Shown: positions 1 through 12,736 of the stretch, in pieces
How positions within the stretch are numbered: the first letter of the stretch is position 1
Layout: each line of letters begins with the position of its first letter
NCBI GenBank assembly: GCA_026025075.1
Contig: JAPEUI010000010.1
Coordinates: 1-64,000, forward strand
DNA length: 64,000 nucleotides
Source: Vezdaea acicularis
Taxonomy: Eukaryota
Reading direction: 5' to 3'
Translations under genes and position numbers: made by a program
The notes under the pieces: generated by a model
Told to the model about the DNA's origin: nothing
The model's input: only the letters and a program-made list of their open reading frames with translations
Database searches by the model: none

Positions 1-3000
1 CCAGACGGAGGCCGGCGATGCTCTTTCGCAAAGCTCCTAAGCACGACGATCGAGCAACCAGAAAAAGAAGAAAAAAAAGGAAGGTAGAGTTAGCGTACCA
101 GCCTGTCGGGACCGGGAGGGGGGGGGGGTTCATGTCTTCGATAGACTAGCCATTGGTTGGCGGAAGAGATCCGGGGGGCGTATGTATGTAGCCCCCGCAA
201 AAACAATGAAAAAGAGAGTCGTGGATAGCTGGTCCCAGCCTCTCTCTTGGGAGAATGAAGAAATAGAGAAAAGAGAGAGGAGAGATGGAGAAAAAAAGAT
301 TGCAACTGCTCGGTTGCCAGGAGGCGGGAGGGAATCAAGACGATGGGGAAAAGAAAAGAAAGAAACATAAAAAAAAAAAAAAGAAAAGGTTGGAAAGGAT
401 GGAAGGACCGAGCCGTCGGGCGCGAAGCGAGGAGTTCGGTTTGGAGGGAGAAGAAGCAATTGTTGAAGCTTGTAGATATCGACCGATAGGCACGACAGGG
501 GAGGAACAGGCGGAACCGGGAGAGGGCTGGGGGAGGGGAGCTTGGAGTGGAGTCAGCTAGAGAGATAGAAAGAGTCTGTGCCTAGAAACCAGCCATCAGC
601 CGCGAGGGAAACGAGTCAGAGCTAAGCATCTAGATAACTAGCAGACTTTCCATTCTCATACTCCCCCCACCGATCCCGTTAGTCGTTCAGCCAAGGCTTG
701 AAGCTCTCCTGCGTGGGGGTCCCCATCGCGCCCCCAAGTATCACGAAAACGGCGCCGTCACATCTCGTCTCCGTCTTTCTTCCCTCTCCGGTAAACCTAC
801 CCGATGGCGCTTCGAACCAGATTCACGCAGCCGGTAACATTGCAAGTACCGAGGAACTCCTCGTGGTTGGGGGCGGGGCGGTGGCGCCGAGCCCGCGAGA
901 AAAGGCGCGAGACCCTGGATGTGATGTGATGTGAATCGCGGGTGCGGAGGATGGGCAGACGTGGTCACGGTCGGGCAAGAGAAAAGAGATGCTTTGATCA
1001 CGACTGGACGAGGGTGAAGGGAGATGTCGATGAACAGCGGTGGCCATGGAAATGTCATTAGAGAATGCGGGCTGCACGCTTCACACATGGCCGATTGACG
1101 ACGAGATATCGCCAGATAATGCGAGAGCTGCGGTTCGCGTCTGCTTCTGCGCGACGAGCAAAGCGGCCACCGCGTGCGTTCCATCTTCAGCCTCGAGAAT
1201 GCAGACAGCGAGAACAGTTCCTCCGCCGAGTCTCGCCGTTCCCGTTGAGGAGAGGCGTTCAAGAGTGCCCGTTGAAGCCTCTTTCTCCCTGTGACGGCCC
1301 CCATCGGACGGCGAGACCAAAAACAACGTGATGGCAGTTGCATGCCGACCAAACGTCGAGAGCGGCCAATTGGGGCCGTCGCCAGCTCGCCCGACGGCAC
1401 CCGCTGCTGAGACCCGTTTCACCGCGAACGAACGCTCCGTTTCAAGGACGATGTGACGGTGAGGACGGACTCGCTCTTCTCGTTCGGACGGTCGCAGTGG
1501 GTATCGAGCACGATGACGGTGTCCCGCTCGGGCCGGAGCCGTCGTGGAAATCTTTTCTTGAAGCGCTCCCGGGTCCGCGGATGAGTGGACTCGAGGGTGA
1601 GGCTCCAGCGGCTCAGACGTCGGCGCCCACCCGCCGTGAAGCTTCCGGATCATGGCGACGCACGTGTCAGAGCCGCTCGACCGTCCAATATCAGAGTACA
1701 GCTGATCATGCGCGCGTCGCTCACGATAATGTCATGTCTTTAGAATGGTTTCGGTGATGCACACCGCCATCGCTGTTGCGTCGACGAGACCGGGCGCTGA
1801 GCGAAGATCGTCCATTGGCGTCGTCTTCGTCCCAGGGCGACGGGTGCGCACAAGGCGGTGCGTTTGGGTGCCACAGTATCAGGGTACGTCACGATGTCTC
1901 TTTCCCCCTCCGTGAGATCCACCCAGCTGGAAAACAAGGTGAGACCTACCGCCTCTGGTAGCACTTGTGAGTGAGACTTGTTCTGCTCTCCCCAGGACTC
2001 ATCTGCCTGCCAGGGTCGAATGGAGAACGATCCAAAAGAAGAGAAGCCCGCATCGGGGCCGACGTCAAAGCCGACGTCGAGGGCCAGCAATCGAAGCGGC
2101 CACTGCAGTTTTCGTGATGAGAGGTGCGCTCCTCGCTGCATGGGCGATGGGCGCGACCAGTCAACGCCAGGCCAGGCGCGCTGCAGCGAACCATTGAGGC
2201 TTCTGCGGGCGGTGCCTTGCAGCGGACCATGCCCAACGCGGGCAGCACCGCACCGACGACGGCGAAATGGGAAACTTGGAAAGGGAAAAGGGTGGTCCGT
2301 GGGCCAGTGAGGGCAGGGCTTGGCCTGCGCATGGATTTATTGCGCGACGCGGCGACTGCGAGGAGGCATTCCTAATTCCCACGGGGATTCATGCTGGATG
2401 CTGGATTCTGACGGTGGATTTTTTGCTGTGGCCAGCCAATGATCGTGCTGGACGATGCGGCCGCGCCGGGTTGGCCGTCCATGGACTCGAAACTCTCTCG
2501 CTCCTCGCGGCGTTGGCTCCAGCGACGGACTGGAGCGGACAGGGAACCAGGGCCGATGCTGAGGAATAGGAGGAGGAGGAGGAATAATGCTGCTGATTAT
2601 TTCCCACCGCAGCCGGCCCCGCCTCGAGATATTAGCCAAGCCGGCCCTTGCCCCTCTAGCCCGCGGACCGTCGTCGCTAGGTCGATGATTGTGGGATGAA
2701 GCAAACGATATGAAGCAGCGGGGAGAAGGGAAGGGGAAAAGAGGGAAAAAGAGAGAAAAAGAAGAGGCGGCCGAGGGCAGCTATCGATAACAATTCGCGG
2801 ACGACGCGCGCTGATTGGCCGGCGAGAAGCGAATGGTGCGGACGCGAGAGGCCGCGGGTGGGGGGAGGGGAAAATGTGCGGGGACGGGGACTGCACGCGA
2901 GAAAGGGAGAAAGGGAAAAGGGAAAAGCGAAGGATCCACCGTCACGCTGACTGGTCGAACGAGTCGAAATGGAGATGGGAGGAAGGCCGTTCTGCCGTCT

Positions 3001-4644
3001 GTCAACCATCGTCGCATTGGTCTGATGCCATGCCAACGCCGTCTGCTCTTCCTTCATCCCTAGGAGAACAGACCGTCGCTCACGCCTTGCCCAAGCCGGT
3101 GCGCCGTACTTCTCCTGCCTCGCGGGAACCATCCACGGAGCGTTTCAACGCCGCACCAGCGAAGCCATCACACGCCACGCCGAGGGGCACGACGCTCGTG
3201 CGAGAAGCTTCAGCATCCGCGGACGCTCTCCCTCGCCGGAAGCTGGAGGTGATGAGTGGTGACTGCATCGATACCCTTTCCGAAGACCCTCCGCTGATTG
3301 GGGCATAGTCGGTTTGTCTCTCGATGCATCGCCGGCAGGGAAAACCCTCGGAGCACCGGCCCTGACAGGCTCGTCGACGTCTTCCGTAAAGGTTCGAGTC
3401 CAGTCTGCGTGCTGAGCTACTGATCACTGGTCCCGCTGCAGATCAGTAGGGAAGGCCCCGGGACGATCGAAAGACACGCTCGGGCTCGCGGTACAAGCCC
3501 GAGATGTACTGCTGCTACCCTACAGACCGACCGACGCCCTTCCGCCCTGGACCATGAAACGCGCAGGGTCGCGGACTGCCCTCGACGACGGAGGACGCAG
3601 AGATGCAGCGACATCTGCAGCGGGGAGGGAACCGGGGTCGGGCGAGATGAGAGACAGGAGCATCCAGAAGGCCACGGACGGGGGGGACGCTCGGCCGCCG
3701 AAAAACATTGGAAATTCCACGCAGCAGAGCGACTGCTGCAATCGATAATTCGATGGACGACGCGTCCATCCTCTTCCCTGCCCTCGACCTCGCCCTCGCC
3801 GTCGTCACCTCCATCGCATCAGACCCCCTATCTCCGTCTTGCTTATATGGTCGGGTTCGCGCCCGGCGTGCTGTTGCTGGTCCGCCGTCTGACTGGCAAA
3901 CAGATTCTGGTGGGAGAAAGACGAAAAGTCGAGACGAGCGAGCACGAAACCGAGAAACGAGAAACCGACGGCTCGACTACCCCGGCCTGTCGCCAAACTT
4001 CCCCCCCGTCTCGACAGGTTCGCCCACCGTAGCGCCGCTCCCTCGGCCGGCCCTCGAAATCTTTTTCCTCCACTCGGCCATTGGACGACTCCCCGGGAGG
4101 CACAGCTATCCAGAACCCTCCCCATATAGTCGTGGCCCCTCCCAGCTGCGTTTGACCTCATCGTGCCCGACCACCGAACAAGAAGCTCATTGCAGTACCA
4201 TACGCGGCACCCCGTCATTGAGTGCAGAATTGGTCGTCCGTGTCACTGGCCACCACGCGCACCGCCGCTCAAACCTCGAACCTCTCATTCCGCAGCGACC
4301 AATTGCCCCTCAATAGAGGCAATAATTTCATGAGAGCGTCCGCTTTCGACGGCCCTCCGTCCATTTCGTAAATCTCGAGCATCGGCACCTTCCTGCTCAG
4401 CTTCATGACTCTGTGCTTGCGGAGTGCCAATTCGTCGTCTGAACGTCGGTGGTTGTCGACGACAGATTCAGAGCGAGTGCCGCCAGCCGTCGCCGACGAC
4501 AACGGCCGGACAACAACAACAACAATATCGCCGAGCACCACCAGCCGGTGCACCGACGCAAACACCGAAGCCATCCTCCAAACGCTCAACTCGGCCTCGT
4601 GGGCCATCGTCACCACCCTTAGCGCTTTACAGAAGGAATTCAAC

Positions 4645-6217
4645 ATGTCGACCGATTTACCAACGAGCCGGCCACGGGCGCCCCCCGGTGAGGGAGCAGC
4701 ATATCCGTGGATCCTCGAGCACATTCTCACATACCCGGGCACGTACGAGATACCGCTGAGGACCATGTACACCCTGAACTCCTCGCCCCGAGCACAGCCA
4801 CTTCCACAGCAATTCTCACGCCCCACATCCCCCAGCACCAGCAACCCCTCGTCACCACCAACATCTCCTCTAGCTCCCCGCTTTCCCCCAGACGTATACA
4901 CACAGAGTGCCAACGACCATTTCAAGTCGAATCTGATGGCTCAGATCTCTCAGCTCCCGACGCAGCCATGCTCGCTCCCGCCGAGCTTCATCACCTCTTT
5001 CGTGCGACGATGCTTCCCCGAGGAGCTGACCATGGTCGATTTCCCACAGGCGTTGACGGGCCTAGACTACCTCCGAGATCTCGAGACACGGAGGAGAAGA
5101 GAGATAGCAGGGGCTTGCAGGCGACTGGGCATTGACGGTGCTGCCTCGGAGAACGCCACGAAATATAGGCAGGTGAGCGAGTGGCAGCGGAGTATCGAAG
5201 AAAAGGAGAGGAGGTGCGAAGCGCTCTATGCGAGTGTTTACATAGGCATACGGAGATGGGTAAGTTTTCCGGTCCGCTTTCAATCACGAGCCCCCCTTTC
5301 TAACTTTGCTGCAGACGCTCATCAACGAGATGTCCCTCCTGCCCTTCAACAAAGCCAACTGCCTCGCCATGCTCAACACCCTCTATCCGCCCACCTCGAC
5401 CACCCAACCCACCCCCCAGCTCACGCCGCCCCTCCTCCAGAAACAGCGAGACGGCTTCTTCCGCTACATCCAAGCCGTCGAGAAGAACGGCCCGGACGTG
5501 CTCGGCAATCTGAACAAACAGGGTTACCGCCCGGAGCGCGGCGAGACCACCGGCTGGCCCTCGACGCGAGAGTTCCTGGACAACTACCTTCGCGTCACAA
5601 ACGGCATCATTGACGAATGTGCCGCCATCACCGGTCTCGACTACTTCATCCCCGCCCTCGCCTCTAAGTCCAGCAGCGAGGACGACGCCCCCCGCAAAGG
5701 CCGCAAGGTCGACTCGGGCGTCTCCTTCGCCTCGACCGACCGCCCCTCCACCTCCTGCTCCACCACCCACCCCCGAAACACCAGCAGCACCTCCTCCTTC
5801 AACACCTCCGCCACTTCCTCCGTCCCCCCCTCCCCTACCTTCCCCACCCACCCCAAAAGCGTCTCCACCCTCGAAAAGATCGCCCGCGAGCTCCGCCGCA
5901 TGCGCGACAAGAAGAAATTCGACGAGGCCCGCAAAGCCGCCCCCGCCACCGCCGCCGCTGAGAAACCCCCTCCGCGCTCCAAGAGCAGACCGCCCCCCGC
6001 CATGCTCACCCAGCAATCAACCCCAACGTTGACCTCAACGGCCCCTGGATCCCGCCTGCGCAAACAAGCCAGCGCCAGCGCCGTCGACGACAAGTTCCTG
6101 CGCGACCGGCAGGGCTTCGTCACGCCCGATGGCGGCAGCGGCGTCGGCGCCTTTCGCAGCAAGACCCCCACGTATGGCTGGGATGGTGGGTCTCCCGGAG
6201 TGGGCTATGCGCAGTAG
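4645..6217 (+). CDS. Conserved fungal hypothetical protein, 2 exons (intron 5260-5314); possible alternative in-frame ATG at 4405
   Basis: ORFs 4405-5613 and 5306-6217 join in frame through GTAAGT...CTAAC...GCAG (GIRRW|TLINEM). Globular-looking core PWILEHILTYPGTYEIPLRTMYTLN...PPSFITSFVRRCF followed by an S/T/P-rich tail. ATG 4645 has CAAC context. Confidence 0.8.
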
Positions 6218-6770
6218 AAAGCTCGCGTTTCTCAATGTGTCACTTTAATGCGGGTTCGCGGTGGGGATGTGCTGGATTATGCTGGTTTTATATACCTTTC
6301 TCGCTCCTTTCTCTTTACTTGGCTTTTCTCACATCTCTCTCTCTCTCTGGCTCCAATTTCTTCCTTTCTTCCCTTTCTTTCTTACTTTCTCACTGGATAA
6401 CTGCATCGGATTATATCGGGGCCGCATGGAACCCGGGCGGACACATAGCAATGGTTTAAGCTAGGCTCGGATAGGATAGGTGGGCGGGGAACTTTCGGTT
6501 TCGGTTCGGATTCGGTTCGCTCGGCTCGGCGGGGAATAGGGGGCTCAGCGTTTCTCTTTTCGGGGAAAGGGGGGGTGGATTGGGGCGTAGGATCCTTTTT
6601 CGGATACAGATGGGGAGATTCTAGAGAGTTGCATCCCCTCCCCCCCAAAATATCTTTCTGTTTTCTTCGCAAGGCCTTCTCATCGTATTCTGCACATCAG
6701 CTCTTCCTCATCGTTCAGCCCACTCGAAAGGGTTCTGGGGAGCAGGGTTCACCCCGCGTGGGAAAAAGGG

Positions 6771-6771
<1 letters not shown>

Positions 6772-6808
<37 letters not shown>
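6772..6808. repeat. Poly-G homopolymer, 37 nt
   Basis: Uninterrupted G run read directly from the sequence. Confidence 0.95.
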
Positions 6809-6809
<1 letters not shown>

Positions 6810-9404
6810 AAGGGAAGGGAAGGGGCGAAAAGCCGGTGTGGGGGCGCGAGGGATAAAAAGTTCTACACTGCTACTGCTCGCGAGAGCTATGATCACGACG
6901 ATGACGAGGATGATGATGACGGGGTGGAGGGTGAGATAGATACGATAGAAGATAGTATAAAACATAACAAAACAGCATCGATAGAGAAACCCGTCTATAC
7001 CTCACTAAACCAACCCAAACCATACCCATACCATCCACCCCCGCGTCGCGAGTGAACAACGTGTACTCTCCCCCTGGGGGGGGATGTATCCCTCACACGT
7101 TCTTGCGCCAAAGAGCGGAGGAGGAATCGGGAGGGAGCAGGGGGAGTACCCGTTTTCCAGCAAGGAACCAATAGCAAGAAAGAAGAAGAAAGAGAAAGGA
7201 AGGCAAAGGCAGTATTCGAGAGAGAAGAGCGCGAAAAACTTAATTGAAATGTGTATCGAATAAAGCCGCGTTGGATGGGCTTTAAGACGGGGTATATCCT
7301 GGGATCTCAGCGTCGTTGTTAGGGGGGGAGGGTTACATTCATACCACTCGGCAGCTGCGAGGCGGAGATATATGGTTATGAGAGCTGCAGAGGCGAGGGG
7401 GCACAGCAGGGACCACACGCGCTGCTGGCTCGGGGAGTGGTGGGCGCGACAGGGGGGGGGGCTCGCTGGCGGGTTGTCGGAATAGGAAAGAAGGGAAGGC
7501 TGCGTAATGTGCTGGACAGCGCTAGAAGCATCCAGAGAGGGGAAAAGAGGAAAGTAGAGGTCTGATCTACGGACTAGACCAAGGTGGGTAGAGGATATGA
7601 CGATGAGGAATGGACGCAGCGAACGAAGGAAGAGAAGGGAGACGTCGCAGCGGCATGGTAGATCGGCGCAGAAATGAAAGAAGACAGCCCTATTCGCGGG
7701 CTTTTGGAGGAGCGAGGGACAAATGGGATTCAGAGGAGGGAAAAGTAGCGGGACACTATGCAATGCGCTGTATAGTGACTTTGATCGGCCGAGGTCAAAC
7801 CACAACGGTGACAGCAGGACAAACAACTACTGCGGGTAGGGAGGTACTTGGTACCAAGGTAGCACGCCCCGCCACCGGACAAGGGGATGAAGCTGAAGTC
7901 TGCAGGCACTGAGAAAAGGCTGTTGATACTCAACTCTGGTACGTGGAGGGATGTACGAGATATCACACTGCGCCGAACCGACAGCCTGTTGCTGGCTGGG
8001 GGACGCAAAATGGCCCACAGGTGAGACAGCGACAAAAATCCATCGGAAAGTCAGACAAGTGGGTACTTACATCCTACTGTACCACGGATGTGCCCCTGCG
8101 AGAGAACCGCCCAGGATGACGATGCGGCGACGGCGACGGAAAGCATCGTCGCCGGCTGAGGAAATCAAGAAATAGGAGGCTCGTGCTGTCTGAGGGGTCG
8201 ATGAGAGGGGGCTGTGATCGATGCAACACGAGAAGAGAGTGAGACTGCATATCGAATCCGCGCGGGGGCGTCGAAGATGTTGATAGGCAACGGTGCGCAT
8301 GCTCAGAAGAATGGCGTTTCATTTGTGGCGTCTTCTAGAAGGTTGGCCGTCCGTTGTAGCTCCATCGACGTTTCTTAGAAAGTCTGCTGGTGGTATTCAG
8401 AGGTCGGGGAGTCCCATGAGAAAGATGGCTCGATGCGGAAAAGACGTGTTCAGGGGGCCGGATCCTCATGTGTGGGATAGGCGTTTGGAAGGAATCGCCT
8501 GCAGGGACAGGGCGTAAGGTGCTGGCGCGTCAACAAAAACAAATAGATAGAGTGCTTGAGGCTGCATGGTAAGGTTTGGAGCGTGCAGATGATGCATTGG
8601 GACGGCCAGATATATTGCGCTCGATTGACTTCGTCGCCACAGAGGGGAGGGATGCTCGGGCGGGGGAAATTCTCAAGCAGCGGTAGTAAAAGGATGAATT
8701 ATTCCCTGGAGGGGGTTTCCCCGATAGAAATGACGCCTGTGCAGAATGGAGAGGCCCATGTTCACAGAAAATGGAGCGTATGCAGCTGGCTTGATCTTGC
8801 TTTGGTGAAGAAACCCAAGGTATGAAATCAAAGAGTGCGTGAGAATGGCCACGACGGGTCGTGCGAATTGCCCTTATCGGCCTCGATTGGTAATTGGTGA
8901 AGGTTGTATAGACCTGCCCACTACTAGCATGTTCACGGTCGTTTGAAGAACGTAATGAACTGTGTTCGGAGTGCCTATAGGAAACTGGGTGCTCTATACC
9001 GCCGCAACGGTTTGATCTCGAAAGGGAGAGTGGTAGTCCGGCAGGTGATACGAGACACCATCAGAGTCCTCCCATGGATTCTGATGCGGGCCATCATTGC
9101 GCAAAAAGATACCCACCCAGCCACCGGGATTGATCGACATCTGTAGATGTGAGATGATCTCTCTGGATTGCCATTTGCGTTGTTTCAAGTAGTTATAAGC
9201 CCAGTTTTCCAGTTGTAGACTGTCGTTGATGTAAAGCATTCGTCTCAAGCGACGTCACATCTAACCCCCCTTTTGTCAACCAAACCAAACTCAGAGAGGG
9301 ATAGAAGTTTCCCGGGTAAAAAGCTGGAAGATTATTTCTAATAGTTTCATAAAAATTACGAGTACTATATGTTTATATCTTAAACTATTACTAAAGGTCC
9401 ACAA

Positions 9405-12201
9405 TCATCCAACCTTTGTGCTCCCAGAGCTCTCCCTCTTCCCGCTCTTCCCATCCAGGCTTCTCTTTCTCGTTCCCTCATCAGCTCCCCGACTACTCTC
9501 CATACTCCTCCTTTTCCTCTCCCCACTCCATTTCAACCATCCAGGCTCCTTCTCCTCAACCATGATGCCACTCCCTTTCGACCCCGCTGAGTCGTCCCTC
9601 CTCCGCGCCCCAGCAACCTCAACGTTCCTCCTCACAGGAACGCCCAATAAGCCCCCCTGCTGGACCTCTTCCTCTGCCTCCCCAGGCAAGACCAACGTCT
9701 CCGTGACAAGCCCAATCCCCTGCATGACTGCACCCTCTTGGTCAACCCCCTCCTCAAGCAGACTGTCCGTCGAGCTCCCCCCGTCCCCACCACCACTCAG
9801 ACTCCGCGCAATCTGCTTACTCCACTTTCGCATATACCGCCTTTTGAATCGCGCCCATGCACCCAGCCCATCATCTTCTATGCCTGTCCCGGCCTTGATC
9901 GTCTTTCTCGGATCAGCCCAATCCAGAAGTAGTCTCCACTTCCATCCGCTCCATCCGCTTGGATGAACATCAGTCCTTGGGCCCCCACGCGTCCAGATTG
10001 CCGGATACTTCGTGGCGAGGTCAGTGAAAAGCGCTTCATACACGCCGCGCTGATAAGGCGACTGGTGGCGCTTATCGAGCTTGTTCTTTAGGAGGTACCA
10101 GATGCCGAGCACAAGCAGCATGAAGGGCACGCTGGTGATGAAATAGTACTTTATACTGGGGTTGTTCGTGAAGGTGTCGACGTTCATGCCGAAGAAGCCG
10201 ACAAGGAAGGTGAGCGGAAGGAAGAGGAAGGTAATCCACGAGAGGCGCCACATGCTCGCACCTAGCTCAAGGGAGTGGCGGGAGTCGCGGATACCGACGG
10301 ATTTGTACATCTAAGGGCAGGTGGTTATTAGTGTCAGGAGGCGAGGAGGGAGAGACTTTGCGCGTGATGGCAAGTTGAAGGTGATTCATGGGGCTGCGAA
10401 GAAGGCTGCAGCTTGGAGAAGGGCACATACAAGGTCAGCAAGGCCGGCTGTGGGTTTTACGAGGTCTTCCTGCACTAAATTGTTGAGACGGTTGAAGTCA
10501 TCTTGTGAATCTACCAGCCAATTATTTTCAATCTCCTCGTCGTCGGCAGTGAGCTCGGTCAGATACCCTTTGGTCTCTTTCACAACATCGACATGGATCA
10601 TCATCAGCTTCTCCACCTTCAGCCAATTCGCGCTGTTGGTCCAAAGCTCTGGCGCTCGCGATTCATCGGCTGGCTGCTCGTAGATCTTATCCTCGAGAAT
10701 GCTGACGTGTGTATAGCATCGGTCGAGGAACGAGTCCCATGCTGAGACAACGGCTTTCATTATGTCCTGCAATACCATTTTCATGCATTCGATGGCCATG
10801 TGATCGTCATTGCTAATATCTTTACTTTCGTACGCTAGATAAAATGGAAGACGTCGCCAGCGGGATTCCATGTCCTCTCGAGCAGGTATCAAAGTATCAC
10901 TGATTGAGTTCGACACCGAGTTGTCGAAGATTATTACAGTGTTTTCTTTGAGAGTGAGCTTCACTGGATTTACTGAACCGGCGAGATGTGCACTTACCAT
11001 TGTCCAACGTTTCTAGGTGTGGCACATACGAGCCTGTCTGGCGTTTCTGTTGACGATAATAACCGTCTTCATCGTACGGATTTTCGATATCTGGGTCTGT
11101 AGGCAAGGCTGCTGCAATCTCCTTGTGCTGCACGTAGACCGAGACTCGCTGTACGTAGACGTCATATCCGTAAGTTGGCTCATCTAAGAGCGTTAACAAC
11201 CAAGCACTTAGCAGGCGGGCTTTGTAGGTCTGTAACATACCTTCAAAGCCATAGCAATTAAGCTCCATCATCTTGACATCCTGATCCCTCTCCTCCTTCG
11301 AGTGCCCATCTTCATTCAGTAACGATTCTTTCATCGAGTACTCTTTCAGATAGTCCATGCCCCATCCCATCCGGCTGATCCCCCGCCAAGGATCGTGCTG
11401 TGTCTTCCATGATTTGCCATTCAGAACAGGCTTTCCAGCTCGTTTCTCGGGTCTCTTATGACGGATCCAATTCGCAAATTCCGTTCCAACAATACCAGTA
11501 TCTTTGATGTTAAACTTACGAACCAAAAACTTAGTTGCCCAATGTGCGTTCTGGACATGAAAGACTCGAAACACGGCTTCGCGGTCGACCTGGGGCTGTG
11601 TAACCATTAGCCAAACCATAGACAGAAAAATATAAGCCACATACATCGCTATAAACCTTCCTCAAACCCTCTATGGAGCTGATTTCTTGGGCGGCAACCT
11701 TGCGCATGCCTTCCTTGGTGTGATCTGCGGCCGTGCGCTCGGACTCAGCACAAAGCTCCTATTTCATGGAAGTTATCGTAGCTCTGGATCCGACCCACCC
11801 TTTTTCACGTAGTCGATCATGAGTACCCTGCCGGACTTCAGGCCGTCCTCCGAATACTCCTTGTGCCATACTAGTCCAGGGCTCCGCGGTCTACGCCAAT
11901 GATATCCTAAGACCAACAGGCCTATGTCAGCGTACCTTTCCCTATTCAAGCGCAATAGGTAGTGCACTTTGATTATGTGACTGCTGGGATGGTACGTGAA
12001 GAAAAGGGTTGGGCTGCGGCGCGTTTTTGTCCAAGCCTGGCTCCTGGCCTGGGTTGAGGAATTGTCGGGTGCCTGCGTAAGATGTGAGTACGTGTGTAAG
12101 GCGCAAAGTAATGAGGATGAGATCACACCCCTATATTCGAGCTCTGCAGCTCGTTCTGCGGATCCTTGAGAGAACGACCGAGGTCGTGCTGGCTTCGTCA
12201 T
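9405..12201 (-). CDS. CorA-like Mg2+/divalent cation transporter family protein, about 8 exons; 5' exon structure uncertain
   Basis: C-terminal TM-GMN-TM signature (ITFLFLPLTFLVGFFGMNV...YYFITSVPFMLLVLGIWYLL). ORFs 11773-12201, 10897-11646, 10386-11000 and 9405-10310 can be joined by introns such as 10946-10997 and 10311-10430. Confidence 0.82.
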
Positions 12202-12736
12202 GCTGCCTGGCGCGGAAGAAGCTCCATGGAGAGTTTGCGACAGCTAAAGCATCACGCAAAATGTGAGCTGGACAAAACGGATATGGGATATGTTCTCGGC
12301 ATCCACCAGACTTCTGTAGCCAGTGGTCTCATGACGAGGCTGAATCTCGGCCGTAAATTCCTTAGCACAGGGTAAGGATTAGCGGCATCAACCGCACCTG
12401 TTTTAGGAGCTGAATGTCTGGAGAGCTATGTGATTGGCTTCTTCCTTGCGCATTGAGCGGGGTGTCATATGCACTGGCGACCAAGATAACTCCCCTAATA
12501 CGGATGAAAGGCATAGTTTCTAATTCGCAGTCTCCCGGATGGTTGCATCAAAGCAAAGTTTTAGATGTTGCTAGACTTAATATTTAAAGTAAGTCAACTT
12601 GTAGTTCAGCTAAAGGCATCTCATGACGCCCTGTACACGTTCCTCCATGCCGTTCCTCCATGCCGGCCATCGTGACTTTGATGCGCTCTAAGGAACTAGA
12701 AATCATAGGAGCCACCAGGCTTTTCAAAAGTCTTAA

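Noticed and set aside
3391..3401. GGTTCGAGTCC, a tRNA T-loop/B-box match
   Set aside because: The flanks do not form a T-stem or cloverleaf and there is no clear A-box; at most an isolated TFIIIC site.
600..4320. Many overlapping 60-220 aa ORFs on both strands
   Set aside because: R/P/S/A-rich with no motifs or consistent codon bias; expected by chance in GC-rich DNA.
7315..7340. TAACCCT on the minus strand as a telomerase RNA template
   Set aside because: It lacks the full TAACCCTAA alignment repeat and I cannot see a pseudoknot.
7005..7826. 273-aa minus-strand ORF as a membrane protein
   Set aside because: Non-ATG start and L/F/S/P richness are explained by pyrimidine tracts; no family motif.
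11908..12127. Possible stwintron or poison exon at the CorA 5' end
   Set aside because: Two ordinary introns (GTGTGA and GTGCAC donors) give an open frame, so no nested structure is needed.
12640..12666. 13-bp direct duplication GTTCCTCCATGCC
   Set aside because: A two-copy local slippage in a 3' region with no element ends.
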